A stretch of 64,000 nt of DNA from Candidatus Hydrogenedentota bacterium (GTDB taxonomy: Bacteria; Hydrogenedentota; Hydrogenedentia; Hydrogenedentales; G963678445): assembly GCA_963678445.1 (NCBI GenBank), contig OY782877.1, forward strand, positions 3,178,503-3,242,502. The letters run 5' to 3'. Of the stretch, positions 29,979 to 40,458 are shown piece by piece (position 1 is the stretch's first letter; every line of letters starts with the position of its first letter). The position numbers were made by a program, and so were the translations under genes. Under the pieces are notes generated by a model. That model had not been told where the DNA came from. It searched no databases and worked only from the letters and a program-made list of their open reading frames with translations.

Positions 29979-31307
29979 ATGGCCCCCAAAAAAGCATTTA
30001 TAAAAACATTCGGCTGTCAGATGAATGAACATGACAGCTATCGTATGATGGATATCTTGCGAGATCTTGGATATGAGGCGGTGGCGACAGCGGAGGAAGC
30101 GGATCTGATACTTCTGAACACCTGTTCTGTACGGCATAATCCAGAAAACAAGGTCTACAGTTTTCTCGGCGCTTTACGTCCATACAAAGAGGCGAATCCC
30201 AATTGTATCATTGGTGTGGCGGGGTGCGTGGCGCAGCAGGTGGGTAAGGGTATCCTCAAGCGGGAAAAAGCAGTGGATCTGGTTTTTGGTCCGGATAATT
30301 ATTTTCGGCTCCCTGAAATGCTCGAACGTGTGGCGCAGGGCGAACGGGTCTGTGAAACCCAGTGGCTGACACGGGATAAAAAGGTGCAGAATTTTGTGCC
30401 TGAGGAATGGGTGGAGCGTGGTCATGTGGAGGGGATTAAAGCCTATATCGCTATCACTAAGGGCTGTAACAACATGTGCACGTACTGCATTGTGCCCTAT
30501 ACGCGAGGGCGGGAGGTGTCTCGCGAGAAGGAGAATATTCTGCGCGAGGCGCAGTCCCTGATTAAAAGTGGGGCGCGCGAAATCTGGCTGCTGGGACAGA
30601 ATGTAAATTCGTATCGTACAAGCCAGGAGTATGGTTTCTATCAGCTCCTGGATGAAGTGTCGCAACTGGAAGGGTTGCCGCGCATACGCTTTACATCGCC
30701 GCATCCCAAAGATTGGGATAACCGCCTTGCGGATTTGATGGCGTCGCGCAAAAATATCTGCAAGCAGTTGCATTTACCGTTTCAGGCGGGTGCGGACAGT
30801 ATGTTGAAGGCGATGCGGCGGAATCATACGTTGGATGCCTACCTCGAAAAGGTGCGGTATCTGCAGTCGGTAGCACCGCAGGTAGAACTCTCGACGGATC
30901 TGATTGTGGGTTTTCCCGGGGAAACGGATGAAGATTTCGAGCGTACCTTGTACGCGCTGGAAACGGTACGTTTCAGTCAGGTCTATTCCTTTAAGTACTC
31001 TGTGCGGCCCGGCACGCGTGCGGCTATGCTGGAAGATGATGTGCCGCGTGAGGTCAAAGAGGAACGTCTTGCCCGGGTGATTGACTTGCAGAACAGGATT
31101 ACGCAGGAGCAAATGGAGGCGCTTCATGGTACGATACAGGAAGTGCTGCTTGATACCCTGCATCCACGTGATGCAGCATTGATAAATGGGCGCACGGATG
31201 GGCATCGACCTATATGTGTCGCGAGCGATGGGTTGCAGGTAGGGGACTTGGTGACGGCTCGGGTGACTGGGCATCAGGGACATTGGTTGCAGGCGGAGTT
31301 GGTATAA
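29979..31307 (+). CDS. miaB: tRNA-2-methylthio-N6-dimethylallyladenosine synthase
   Basis: N-terminal MTTase domain (FGCQMNEHDS), radical-SAM CNNMCTYC cluster, TRAM domain. Confidence 0.9.
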   Translation: MAPKKAFIKTFGCQMNEHDSYRMMDILRDLGYEAVATAEEADLILLNTCSVRHNPENKVYSFLGALRPYKEANPNCIIGVAGCVAQQVGKGILKREKAVDLVFGPDNYFRLPEMLERVAQGERVCETQWLTRDKKVQNFVPEEWVERGHVEGIKAYIAITKGCNNMCTYCIVPYTRGREVSREKENILREAQSLIKSGAREIWLLGQNVNSYRTSQEYGFYQLLDEVSQLEGLPRIRFTSPHPKDWDNRLADLMASRKNICKQLHLPFQAGADSMLKAMRRNHTLDAYLEKVRYLQSVAPQVELSTDLIVGFPGETDEDFERTLYALETVRFSQVYSFKYSVRPGTRAAMLEDDVPREVKEERLARVIDLQNRITQEQMEALHGTIQEVLLDTLHPRDAALINGRTDGHRPICVASDGLQVGDLVTARVTGHQGHWLQAELV

Positions 31308-31339
31308 AGGAAGAAGAAACGACTAGAGGGTAAGAACCT

Positions 31340-32836
31340 ATGCAGATACAGGTGGTAAAAAGCAGTGAAGTAACTTTCGACGACGTTGAATCCTGTTTGG
31401 TTGTTCCCGTTTTTGAACGGGTTTTTCCACTCAACAGCGAAGTTCTGCGTGAACAGGATGAGTTGACGTTGCAGGCGCTAGTGGATAAGGGCAGTATCAC
31501 AGGCAAAGCACGGGAATGTTTTTACGTGCCTTCGCCCAATAGTCTTTACCATGGGGTGCTGTCCATTGGTCTGGGTAAAAAAGAAGACTTTACTGCGGAA
31601 ACGTTACGCCGTGCCGCTGGCAAGGCCTGTTCTCTCTTTTCGGCCAATCGAGTGCAACATGTGTGTCTTGATGTTTCACGCCAGGAGCCAATATCGGTCG
31701 AGGCCTTTGTAGAGGGCGTTATTCTTGGACAGTATTCCTTTGATGTGTATAAACGCCAGGAAGAGGATGCGGAACATCCACCGGTCAAGGTCGAAAAAAT
31801 TACGCTGGCGGTTGCCAATGATGCGGATGTCGAAGCTATTCGTATCCGTTGTCAACTGGCGGCGGTGATGTGTTTGAGCGCCAATGGCGCACGTCATTTG
31901 GCCAATACCGCAGCCAATGAAATGACGCCGACCGCCTTGGCGGAATTTGCGCAAGGGATTGCCAAGGAAGCGGCGTGTGATTGTTATGTGATGGAGCGGG
32001 AGGAGATGGAAAAGCGGGGGATGAATGCATTGTTGGGCGTGGCCAAGGGCAGCAGTCAGCCACCGAAACTCATCATACTGCACTATCGCCACAGTGACGC
32101 CAGCAAGACGTTGGCCCTGGTAGGAAAAGGGGTAACGTTTGACGCGGGTGGGTTGAGTCTGAAGCCGTCGAACGGCATGCATGAAATGAAGTATGACATG
32201 TGCGGCGCAGCAGCGGTGTTGTGCACCATGATGAATGTGGTGGAACTCAAGCCTGCTGTCAATGTGATCTGCGTTGTGCCTGCTGTGGAGAATAAAACGG
32301 GGGCGGATGCGCAAACACCGGGTGATATTGTGCGCGCGTGCAATGGTACAACCATTGAAGTGCATAACACGGATGCAGAGGGACGCCTTGTCCTTGCCGA
32401 CGCTATGGCCTACACGGTTGAGGAGTACCATCCCGATGTGCTTGTGGATGTAGCCACGTTGACGGGGGCTTGCGTGGTGGCCTTGGGGCACTATGCCGCC
32501 GGACTTTTTACCAATAATGAGGATGTCTGTGCTGCTTTGCAGGCGGCAGGGACGCAGTGTGATGAGCGGGTATGGCCCCTCCCTATGTGGCCGGACTATG
32601 AAAAACTCATTGAGGGAGAACATGCCGATTTGTGCAACATTGGCCCTCAAGGCGAGGCCGGTACAATTACCGCGGCCTGTTTCCTTAAAAAATTCGTAGA
32701 TGATACCCCCTGGGCCCACATCGACATTGCCGGGACAGCGTGGGGCGGCAAAAATATCGACTATCTCAATCCCAAATTTGCCACGGGCTATGGGGTTCGT
32801 TTGCTTACCCACTGGCTTCTTGCCCAGGCAAAATGA
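31340..32836 (+). CDS. pepA: Leucyl aminopeptidase (M17)
   Basis: M17 signature NTDAEGRL and catalytic VGKGVTFDAGG region. Confidence 0.9.
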   Translation: MQIQVVKSSEVTFDDVESCLVVPVFERVFPLNSEVLREQDELTLQALVDKGSITGKARECFYVPSPNSLYHGVLSIGLGKKEDFTAETLRRAAGKACSLFSANRVQHVCLDVSRQEPISVEAFVEGVILGQYSFDVYKRQEEDAEHPPVKVEKITLAVANDADVEAIRIRCQLAAVMCLSANGARHLANTAANEMTPTALAEFAQGIAKEAACDCYVMEREEMEKRGMNALLGVAKGSSQPPKLIILHYRHSDASKTLALVGKGVTFDAGGLSLKPSNGMHEMKYDMCGAAAVLCTMMNVVELKPAVNVICVVPAVENKTGADAQTPGDIVRACNGTTIEVHNTDAEGRLVLADAMAYTVEEYHPDVLVDVATLTGACVVALGHYAAGLFTNNEDVCAALQAAGTQCDERVWPLPMWPDYEKLIEGEHADLCNIGPQGEAGTITAACFLKKFVDDTPWAHIDIAGTAWGGKNIDYLNPKFATGYGVRLLTHWLLAQAK

Positions 32837-32906
32837 ATGGATAAACCGTATTCAGGCATAGGCGGCAATAGTGTTGTGGCTCAGCTTGATCGTTGATTGG
32901 TGTGTT

Positions 32907-34226
32907 ATGAGTTGTACGAAGCGCGCTTCACTTTATACGCTGGGTTGCCGCCTGAATCAGGCGGAATCGAACCTCTTTGCGGAAAAGTTACAGGAAGCGG
33001 GATACGAAATAGTTTCTTTTGGAGAAGCCGCCGATCTGGGCATTATCCATACCTGTACGGTTACCCGTGAGGCAGACACTAAATCGCGAAAAATGATTCG
33101 ACAATTCATTCGCACGAATCCACAGGCCTTTACGGTGGTGCTGGGATGCTATGCACAGGTGGGTAGTGCCGCTCTCGCAGAGATTGAAGGTGTGGATCTG
33201 ATCGTGGGTAACCAGGACAAAATGGATTTTTTGGACTATGTGCGTCAGGAAAAGAACGCGTCCCCCATGATTATTCGCAACTCCATTAAACGCGCGCCCT
33301 TTACACTAAATTTTGCACGTACGCTTCCCGTTACCTGTCGTCGTGAGAATCTTAAAATTCAGGATGGCTGTAATTGCATGTGCAGCTACTGCATTATTCC
33401 CTTTGCGCGGGGGCGCGTTCGTTCCCGCGCCCTGAACGATTTATTGGAGGAAGCCCGACTTCGCGTAGATGCGGGGGCGCAGGAGATTGTATTGACAGGG
33501 GTGAATATCGGTACTTATGCGTACGAGGGAGGGGCGTTGCCTGAAGTCGTCGATGCGTTAAACGAAATTCCGGGCCTGCGTCGTATTCGCATCAGTTCGC
33601 TTGAACCCAAAACGATTCCCGAATCGCTCTTCGAAATGATGTGCGATCCGGAGCATGCCCTGGTTCCCTATTTGCACATCCCGCTGCAATCCGGGTCGAA
33701 TCGTATCCTGCAAGCCATGCGTCGTACCTATACGCGGGAAGAATACATTGAGTTTGTTGAGAAGGCCGCTGCTTGCGTGCCTGACATCGGAATAGGCACG
33801 GATATTATGGTTGGATTTCCAGGGGAGACCGAGGAAGACTTTGCGCAAAGCTACAACTTGCTGGCTGAAACCCCGCTTTTTTACGCACATGTCTTCAAAT
33901 ACTCCGATCGAAACGGCACGTTGGCTTCCCGTATGTCCGGTAAAATACCGCCGCCGATGGCGAACGAACGTAGCCTTCGATTACGCAGGCTCAGCGAAAA
34001 GAAAACGAATGAATTTGCAGCCTCTTTCGTAGGAAAGACTCAAGAGGTGCTTTTTGAGCAGGAGATTAGTGGACGCTGGGTCGGTTATTCTGAAAACTAT
34101 CTGCGCGTTTCTGTTGAATCTTCTTTTTCTTTGAAAAACCAAATTTTCCAGGTGTACCTGCAACGTCAGAATGACGGTGAACTATGGGGGAGTGTGGAGA
34201 ATAGCGAAGGTGCGGTTTGCGTATGA
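32907..34226 (+). CDS. mtaB: tRNA t6A37 methylthiotransferase (MtaB-type radical SAM MTTase)
   Basis: LGCRLNQAES N-terminal motif, CNCMCSYC radical-SAM cluster, TRAM-like C-terminus. Start re-assigned to MSCTKRASL. Confidence 0.85.
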   Translation: MSCTKRASLYTLGCRLNQAESNLFAEKLQEAGYEIVSFGEAADLGIIHTCTVTREADTKSRKMIRQFIRTNPQAFTVVLGCYAQVGSAALAEIEGVDLIVGNQDKMDFLDYVRQEKNASPMIIRNSIKRAPFTLNFARTLPVTCRRENLKIQDGCNCMCSYCIIPFARGRVRSRALNDLLEEARLRVDAGAQEIVLTGVNIGTYAYEGGALPEVVDALNEIPGLRRIRISSLEPKTIPESLFEMMCDPEHALVPYLHIPLQSGSNRILQAMRRTYTREEYIEFVEKAAACVPDIGIGTDIMVGFPGETEEDFAQSYNLLAETPLFYAHVFKYSDRNGTLASRMSGKIPPPMANERSLRLRRLSEKKTNEFAASFVGKTQEVLFEQEISGRWVGYSENYLRVSVESSFSLKNQIFQVYLQRQNDGELWGSVENSEGAVCV

Positions 34227-35071
34227 CTCAGGATGCTCTTTTACAACCTGCGCAAAAAAAGGAAGCACAGCTTCTGACGCTGCTTCGAAATTACGATTCT
34301 CTTCTGATTGCGTATAGTGGAGGCGTTGACTCCACCTACCTGGCTGCCGTGGCGCACGAGGTACTGGGGGAACGCGCCTGTATGTTGATTTTTGATTCTC
34401 CCAGCTTTCCGCGCAATGAATTGGAGGAGGCGGTTGCATTGGCGCAATCGAGAGGGTGGCGTATGACGGTGCTGCAAAGCCGTGAGTTTGAGAACCCCGA
34501 CTTTTGCAGGAATGATGCGCAGCGTTGCTATTACTGTAAGGCAACGCTGTTTTCCCAGATGTATGAATATGCCAGTGCGCATCGTATTGCCACGTTGGCA
34601 TGCGGTGAAATTGCGGAAGATGCTTTGGACCCGACCCGTGTTGGCGCACGTGCGGCACAGGAAAATGATGTCGTCACTCCTCTAGCGGCGGTTGGACTGA
34701 ATAAAGAAGAAATTCGTGTGTTGAGTCGCCTGCGCCATCTTCCTACCTGGGATAAAGCTAGCTTTGCTTGTCTTGCTACGCGGGTTCCCATGGGAGAACG
34801 ACTTGATAAAACGCTATTGCATCAGATAGAACAGGCCGAGGCTATTTTTAGACAACACGGATTTCATCAGTATCGAGTCCGTCATCATGGCGCCTTGTGT
34901 CGTATTGAAATCGAGGCCGAAGATTTTTCCCGAATGCTTGATACGGAGACGCGTGAGACGATAGTGGGGGAATTGAAGGGGTTGGGATATAGTCAAGTTA
35001 CCCTCGATTTGGCCCCCTACGCGGCCAAGGCGCGCGTAGCACCATCGGAAAGTCCGGACACAGCGCGCTAG
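34223..35071 (+). CDS. PP-loop ATP pyrophosphatase of the LarE/TIGR00268 family (sulfur transferase-like)
   Basis: SGGVDS PP-loop. Start ATG overlaps the mtaB stop (ATGA). Confidence 0.75.
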   Translation: MTQDALLQPAQKKEAQLLTLLRNYDSLLIAYSGGVDSTYLAAVAHEVLGERACMLIFDSPSFPRNELEEAVALAQSRGWRMTVLQSREFENPDFCRNDAQRCYYCKATLFSQMYEYASAHRIATLACGEIAEDALDPTRVGARAAQENDVVTPLAAVGLNKEEIRVLSRLRHLPTWDKASFACLATRVPMGERLDKTLLHQIEQAEAIFRQHGFHQYRVRHHGALCRIEIEAEDFSRMLDTETRETIVGELKGLGYSQVTLDLAPYAAKARVAPSESPDTAR

Positions 35072-35082
35072 ATCGATAACAC

Positions 35083-36147
35083 TTATGGAAGCGTTTTTTT
35101 TACGGGTGAAAAGGCCTCTGATGGGGTGGGTAAGGTGCTTGTCAAAGGAATTTGTGGTTTCTCATTTCCAAAGATTGATACGATTCGCGCGTGCAGCAAT
35201 TTAATCCGTTTCTCCGGATTTTCCCCCAAGGGGATCTGCCCACCAGCCATCACACGGTGTCCTCCGCCGGTTCCTAAGCCAGAAACCACACGTTTCATTT
35301 TTTCTGCCATGTTGCTCCGTCGATCTACGGCGCGCGCGGAAAGATGTACGAAATTTTCACAGCGTCCATAACACACGGCACTACGCATTTTCTCCAGTCG
35401 AATGAGCAGGTCCGCCACTTCTGCCACCATTTCTGGATTGCGACACTCGGGTATATAACTGATCACTGTTTTTCCTGTAACTACACAATTTGCTAAAGCC
35501 TCGGACAGCGCCTGGAAATAGTTTGAGGAGACCGGGGCGCGTCGAATATTCACCAGCTTTTTTTTGTCTGCGATGCGGAACAATGCCTGGTAGGCTTTTA
35601 TGCCTGCGGGGCTGGCCTCGCGACCCAAATCTTGTGTGTCGGATTGGATTCCGTAGAATAAGGCAGTGGCGAGGTTGATATCCGCCTTTACTTCGGCAGC
35701 AAGAAGATATTCGTAAAATATAGTGGAACAGGCGCCGTATTCAGGACGAATATCCACCAGCGCCGCACGCCAGCGTCGCCGTTTAGGTAACAGGTGGTGA
35801 TCGATTACTATATCGGGATTGCGCATTCGCAAAATGGTATTGCCAGTTCGTGGCTGGGCATCCACCAGACATATGGTGTCGAAACGGGTCAGGTCGTCTG
35901 CCGTGAATTGATGTGCATCAATGCGCAATTCTTTCATCATGGCCCGATTTTCAGCCCGGGCACATACTCCGCCATAGCCCAAGGTCACGCGCTTGCCCAG
36001 GCATTGACGCACCAATGTGCGCAGTGCCGAGGCAGATGCCAATGCATCTGGATCAGGGGCGTCCTGCATCAAAACCATTATATGCGTTGCTTGCGCACAA
36101 ATCGCCAGCAACTGCTTTACATTTTGTCGACTCCGTTCAATATCCAC
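35083..36147 (-). CDS. DHH-family phosphoesterase (NrnA-like oligoribonuclease/pAp phosphatase)
   Basis: DHH motif (VIDHHL), DHHA1-like C-terminus with GGGH. Confidence 0.8.
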   Translation of the reverse strand: MDIERSRQNVKQLLAICAQATHIMVLMQDAPDPDALASASALRTLVRQCLGKRVTLGYGGVCARAENRAMMKELRIDAHQFTADDLTRFDTICLVDAQPRTGNTILRMRNPDIVIDHHLLPKRRRWRAALVDIRPEYGACSTIFYEYLLAAEVKADINLATALFYGIQSDTQDLGREASPAGIKAYQALFRIADKKKLVNIRRAPVSSNYFQALSEALANCVVTGKTVISYIPECRNPEMVAEVADLLIRLEKMRSAVCYGRCENFVHLSARAVDRRSNMAEKMKRVVSGLGTGGGHRVMAGGQIPLGENPEKRIKLLHARIVSIFGNEKPQIPLTSTLPTPSEAFSPVKKTLP

Positions 36148-36159
36148 ACCTACGACTCC

Positions 36160-37503
36160 TCAGCTATTTCCCGATACCGTTCTCACCACCAGCAGTGAAC
36201 GCGGTGGACACTGCAATACGCCGGTCCATTTCTCCTGACGCCATGGCGCTGGCAACGCTTGTTCCGTTGCAGGCGAACAGACGATATTATACATATAACA
36301 GAGAACCTCTCCTTGCATTTCTGGCGCATCGACCGTGACTTTTGCGGTCTTTTCCGCCCAGTTTAGCAATGCAATACTATGTTCTCCCGTTTTCCATTGC
36401 GCAGCGACGCAACGTTGCTCGGAAGGGGACATTGCGGGCGCATACATGCGTGCGCCTGTGGGGAAGGCTTGGGATAACATTGCCCATGCATATCCCACAC
36501 GGCGCAGCCCCAGACCGCTTGTTTTACTTCGCATCAAACCCCAATAAAAACCATCGTGCCCGTTATCATCCAACTGCCATATACAAACGCTATGAGAGCC
36601 TGCGCGAAGCGCCTGTATCGCATAATCGGCCATCAGTAACCCATACTCAAAACTGTCTATGCGCACATTTCCGGTAGGATGCCGTGCACCATCCTGTCCG
36701 CCAGCCTCGCCAACCACCAACGGCTTTTCTCTCCAGTTAGCATCCCCTTCGCGCACACACGTCCAATGTTTGGCAAAAAAGGTCTCCAGGGCGCCGCTAC
36801 GCACCATGTCATCCTTCACATATGCATGCACATCATACGCGCCCAGTACATCCTTCATTTCCTGCACGGCGCGCTCATGCCATTCCGATGCATTCGATTC
36901 ATCCGAACCCATCAAGACAAGCCGTTCATGCCATGGATACGCTGAAAAAGCCTGGCGCACCTGTAATAGGCCCGCTTTCCATTCCTCCCAGCTACCAGTT
37001 TCATAATTTGGTTCATTTACAAACACAAAATATCGAATGCAATCGTAGCCGCGTTCCTCGATCAGATAGGCCATGTAACGTGCAATCGCCTGCGCGTATT
37101 TTGGATCGTCCACCCCCTTGATACCGGGAGCCTTGGCCCATGTCGCACACCCCCATTCCGTCAGGATCACCCGGATACCTTCCTGCTGGCAAAAGTCCAA
37201 CTGCTGGTACAGGTGCTGCATTTTCACCGAGTCCCACTCGAAGACGCCTCCTTCACGATAGCACCAACGTAGTTGCATCATCACACGCACTATTCCCAAT
37301 CCCATAGCGCGGACACGGGTAGTGATTTGTCCAAAATCTTCTGCGGTTATCCCCGCCTTCGCATAACCATCAATATCCCACTCAGCCCCCAGGCCCAAAA
37401 AGTTTTCACAGATGGGGGGGCTTGAGAAGGGGACTATTTCCTGCGCCTGCACCGAACATAGGAGCAACAGAGACCCTGCCCCGAGGATGAGTTTTCTTGC
37501 CAT
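36160..37503 (-). CDS. Secreted glycoside hydrolase, GH5-like (cellulase superfamily)
   Basis: Start re-assigned to MARKLILGAG (signal peptide). NEP motif (VFVNEPNYE) and a (beta/alpha)8 pattern. Confidence 0.65.
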   Translation of the reverse strand: MARKLILGAGSLLLLCSVQAQEIVPFSSPPICENFLGLGAEWDIDGYAKAGITAEDFGQITTRVRAMGLGIVRVMMQLRWCYREGGVFEWDSVKMQHLYQQLDFCQQEGIRVILTEWGCATWAKAPGIKGVDDPKYAQAIARYMAYLIEERGYDCIRYFVFVNEPNYETGSWEEWKAGLLQVRQAFSAYPWHERLVLMGSDESNASEWHERAVQEMKDVLGAYDVHAYVKDDMVRSGALETFFAKHWTCVREGDANWREKPLVVGEAGGQDGARHPTGNVRIDSFEYGLLMADYAIQALRAGSHSVCIWQLDDNGHDGFYWGLMRSKTSGLGLRRVGYAWAMLSQAFPTGARMYAPAMSPSEQRCVAAQWKTGEHSIALLNWAEKTAKVTVDAPEMQGEVLCYMYNIVCSPATEQALPAPWRQEKWTGVLQCPPRSLLVVRTVSGNS

Positions 37504-37539
37504 AACGCCTGCCTTGCTCCCCATACCGTTTCCTTCCAC

Positions 37540-38448
37540 TTAATCCAGATTTTTTCCAAGGTCTGCTTTTGTGCGTAATACCAAATCAACGCCTTCTGCC
37601 ACCCCCAGCATAGGCGTCTGCAACAAGGCCTGCGCTTTGGTATTGTCCAGCGAAGCATCCAGCGGACGATCCGCACGTCCCGGAATTTCCGTGGGATCAT
37701 TCACCCGCACCAACGAACGGGAATAGCCCAACTGTTCCGCAATCTGGCAAACCATGGCATACCGGTTGATACGGTTATTGCCCGCCAACTGCAATGTTCC
37801 CCCGTAGGTATTGCCCGCCAATTCCAGTAATGCCCGCGCCACCGTTACCACATCAATTGGCGTGCGAATTTCATTATCCGGCGTTTCCACCACCTCGCCC
37901 GCTTTAAAACGCGCCATCATCCACGACAGGAACGAGTTGCCCGCACCCAGCATCGGCACCCCCATCACCAGCGACACACGCGCCACCACCCCATGGGCAA
38001 CATTGAGCACCGCATCCTCCGCACGCAATTTGGTTTCCCCATACCAATTTACCGGTACGGCTGCATCCGTTTCGCTATACAAGCCTTTGACGCCATCATA
38101 GATATTATCCGTGGAGCAATACACCATTTTTGCGCCATAGCGTCGACACAACTGCGCTATCTGCTGCGTTAATACGGTATTTACGCGATGCGCCTCCTCG
38201 CGATGCGCCTGGCAATAATCAATATTCGCCAGGGCTGCGGTATGGATCACCGCTGTGGGTCGCACCTCCTCAAAGAGTGCGGTCAATGCGTGGGAATCGC
38301 AAGGATTCAGCTGACACCAATGTATATCGTGTCCCCACAGCAATGGTTTTCCCCGTGACACGGCATAGACCTGCCCGTCATCGCGTTGACGTAAAATGCT
38401 ACCCGCAACAAACCCTTGCGCCCCTGTCAGCAATATCCGTTTCTGCAT
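37540..38448 (-). CDS. rmlD: dTDP-4-dehydrorhamnose reductase
   Basis: N-terminal GxxGxxG (LLTGAQGFVAG), RmlD-type SDR, 302 aa. Confidence 0.8.
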   Translation of the reverse strand: MQKRILLTGAQGFVAGSILRQRDDGQVYAVSRGKPLLWGHDIHWCQLNPCDSHALTALFEEVRPTAVIHTAALANIDYCQAHREEAHRVNTVLTQQIAQLCRRYGAKMVYCSTDNIYDGVKGLYSETDAAVPVNWYGETKLRAEDAVLNVAHGVVARVSLVMGVPMLGAGNSFLSWMMARFKAGEVVETPDNEIRTPIDVVTVARALLELAGNTYGGTLQLAGNNRINRYAMVCQIAEQLGYSRSLVRVNDPTEIPGRADRPLDASLDNTKAQALLQTPMLGVAEGVDLVLRTKADLGKNLD

Positions 38449-38549
38449 GAAAAATCCTTCTTTGAGATACGCGACACTAAGCCGGAGATATTAACTTTAC
38501 ACCGCTTTCCCCAAACGCTACTATAACAGCACAATCGACGAAATTCACA

Positions 38550-40283
38550 GTGAGGAAGTATTATATGAAGACCAGTATACACCTGTTTCTTATCCTTATT
38601 TTAACCGGCGTCATACATCAAGCCGCTTTTGCTGAAAAAAAGAAGGACGCCACATCGGAAGCGCCACGCATTGTTAACATCATCAACTTCATTCGCGCTG
38701 TGGAACCACGGCTTGAAATGGACCTGTTCACGCCGGTCAAAAAACAAATCGAACTGGTAAAGAAATACGACCTGCCCGCCACTTTTCTTTTGCAATATGA
38801 CGCCTTCTTTCAAGGTGGCTTTGTGGAATTGCTCAAGAAAGAGCTGCCAAAGAATTGCGAAGTCGGCGTCTGGCTCGAAATCGTACAGCCCCTCGTAGAA
38901 AAAGCCGGACTTACCTGGCGGGGGCGTTATCCCTGGGATTGGCACAGCGACGTCGGATTTACCGTAGGGTACACGCCCGAAGAACGCGAGAAACTGATCG
39001 ATGTCGTCATGGAAGACTTTAAAAGCCTCTTTGGCGTCTACCCTGCCTCTGTCGGTTCCTGGTTTATCGATGCACACACCCTGGGTTACATGGCCGATAA
39101 ATACGGCGTGCGCGCCTCCTGCAACTGCAAAGACCAAATTGGCACCGATGGATACACCCTGTGGGGTGGCTACTGGAATCAGGCCTACTATCCCAGTAGG
39201 AAAAATGCGTTCATGCCCGCACAATCGAAAGAAGAACAAATCCCCGTCCCCATTTTCCGCATGCTCGGCAGCGATCCTATCTACCAATACGACGCCAATC
39301 TGGGTGAGCAACGGCAATCGGTCATCTCCCTCGAACCCGTCTACAAAGACGGCGGCGGTAACCCCAAATGGGTACGCTGGTTCTTCGATATCCAGACAGA
39401 GGCCCCCTGCCTTGCCTTTGCCTACGCCCAGGTCGGCCAAGAGAACTCCTTCGGCTGGCCCGCCATGAGAGACGGCTTCACCGACCAGATCAAACTGCTT
39501 AAAAAGCTCCGGAAAAAAGGAAAAATACGCGTCGAAACCCTGGTCGATTCCGCCGACTGGTTCCGCAAGAACTTCCCCCTTACCCCTACCACGGCGGTTA
39601 CTGCATTGGATGATTTTCGCAAAGAAGGACGCAGCAGCCTCTGGTACAATTCCTGCCATTACCGCGTTAACCTGCTCTGGGAAAACGGGGAGATGCGTGT
39701 GCGCGACTTGCACCTTTTCGATGAACGCTACCCCGAACGCTACCTTGGGCTGCCAGTCTCCACTAACGCCTGCACCTACAACACCCTGCCTATCGTCGAC
39801 GGCTTCCAATGGAGCACTGCCGAAAAACGTGCCGGACTCTATCCCATCTTCCTCGACAAAGACAAGCAGCCCCTGCCCATGCGTGGCGGCAAACCCGAAG
39901 TGAGCGAAATTCAAAAGGACGTCCTGCAAATTACCTGGCCCCTGGAAGACCAGGGAAAACTAATACTCACTCTGCGCCCTGAAACCATGGAATGGCGCAT
40001 CCTCGACAACCCCCGCCCCTGGGTGCTTGCCTTGCGTTGGAGTTTTGATAAGCCCGTCCTTATATGGAGCGATGACGCAACAACGGTATCTTACATTCCC
40101 CTTGATCCCTTTGCCAGATACAAGCCCATACTGACATGCCAGATAGGCGATGTAACTCAAAATGGAGATACACCCGAAATACGTATCCACCCTCACAGCT
40201 CTAAAATTACATTGTTTCCAAAATATGTAAAGTTCTCTCCGCCACCTTCTATGTTTGGCGGGGTTCTTCCACCTGGGGTGTAG
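38550..40283 (+). CDS. Secreted hypothetical protein (possible carbohydrate-active enzyme, family unresolved)
   Basis: Signal peptide, 577 aa, no catalytic motif recognised. Confidence 0.5.
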   Translation: MRKYYMKTSIHLFLILILTGVIHQAAFAEKKKDATSEAPRIVNIINFIRAVEPRLEMDLFTPVKKQIELVKKYDLPATFLLQYDAFFQGGFVELLKKELPKNCEVGVWLEIVQPLVEKAGLTWRGRYPWDWHSDVGFTVGYTPEEREKLIDVVMEDFKSLFGVYPASVGSWFIDAHTLGYMADKYGVRASCNCKDQIGTDGYTLWGGYWNQAYYPSRKNAFMPAQSKEEQIPVPIFRMLGSDPIYQYDANLGEQRQSVISLEPVYKDGGGNPKWVRWFFDIQTEAPCLAFAYAQVGQENSFGWPAMRDGFTDQIKLLKKLRKKGKIRVETLVDSADWFRKNFPLTPTTAVTALDDFRKEGRSSLWYNSCHYRVNLLWENGEMRVRDLHLFDERYPERYLGLPVSTNACTYNTLPIVDGFQWSTAEKRAGLYPIFLDKDKQPLPMRGGKPEVSEIQKDVLQITWPLEDQGKLILTLRPETMEWRILDNPRPWVLALRWSFDKPVLIWSDDATTVSYIPLDPFARYKPILTCQIGDVTQNGDTPEIRIHPHSSKITLFPKYVKFSPPPSMFGGVLPPGV

Positions 40284-40458
40284 CGTCATTTGCAAAAAAA
40301 CACTACTCTAAAGGACATCCAAATTAGATAGTTTCCAATATTTTGCAATCCACCTGCCGTTCTCTTTGCTTTCACTCCAAACAGAGAACGGCAGGATTTT
40401 TAGAGTCGTATATGACGTTTTTTAGAAGATTTTTATTGTGCGCTACAGCAAAAGGAAG

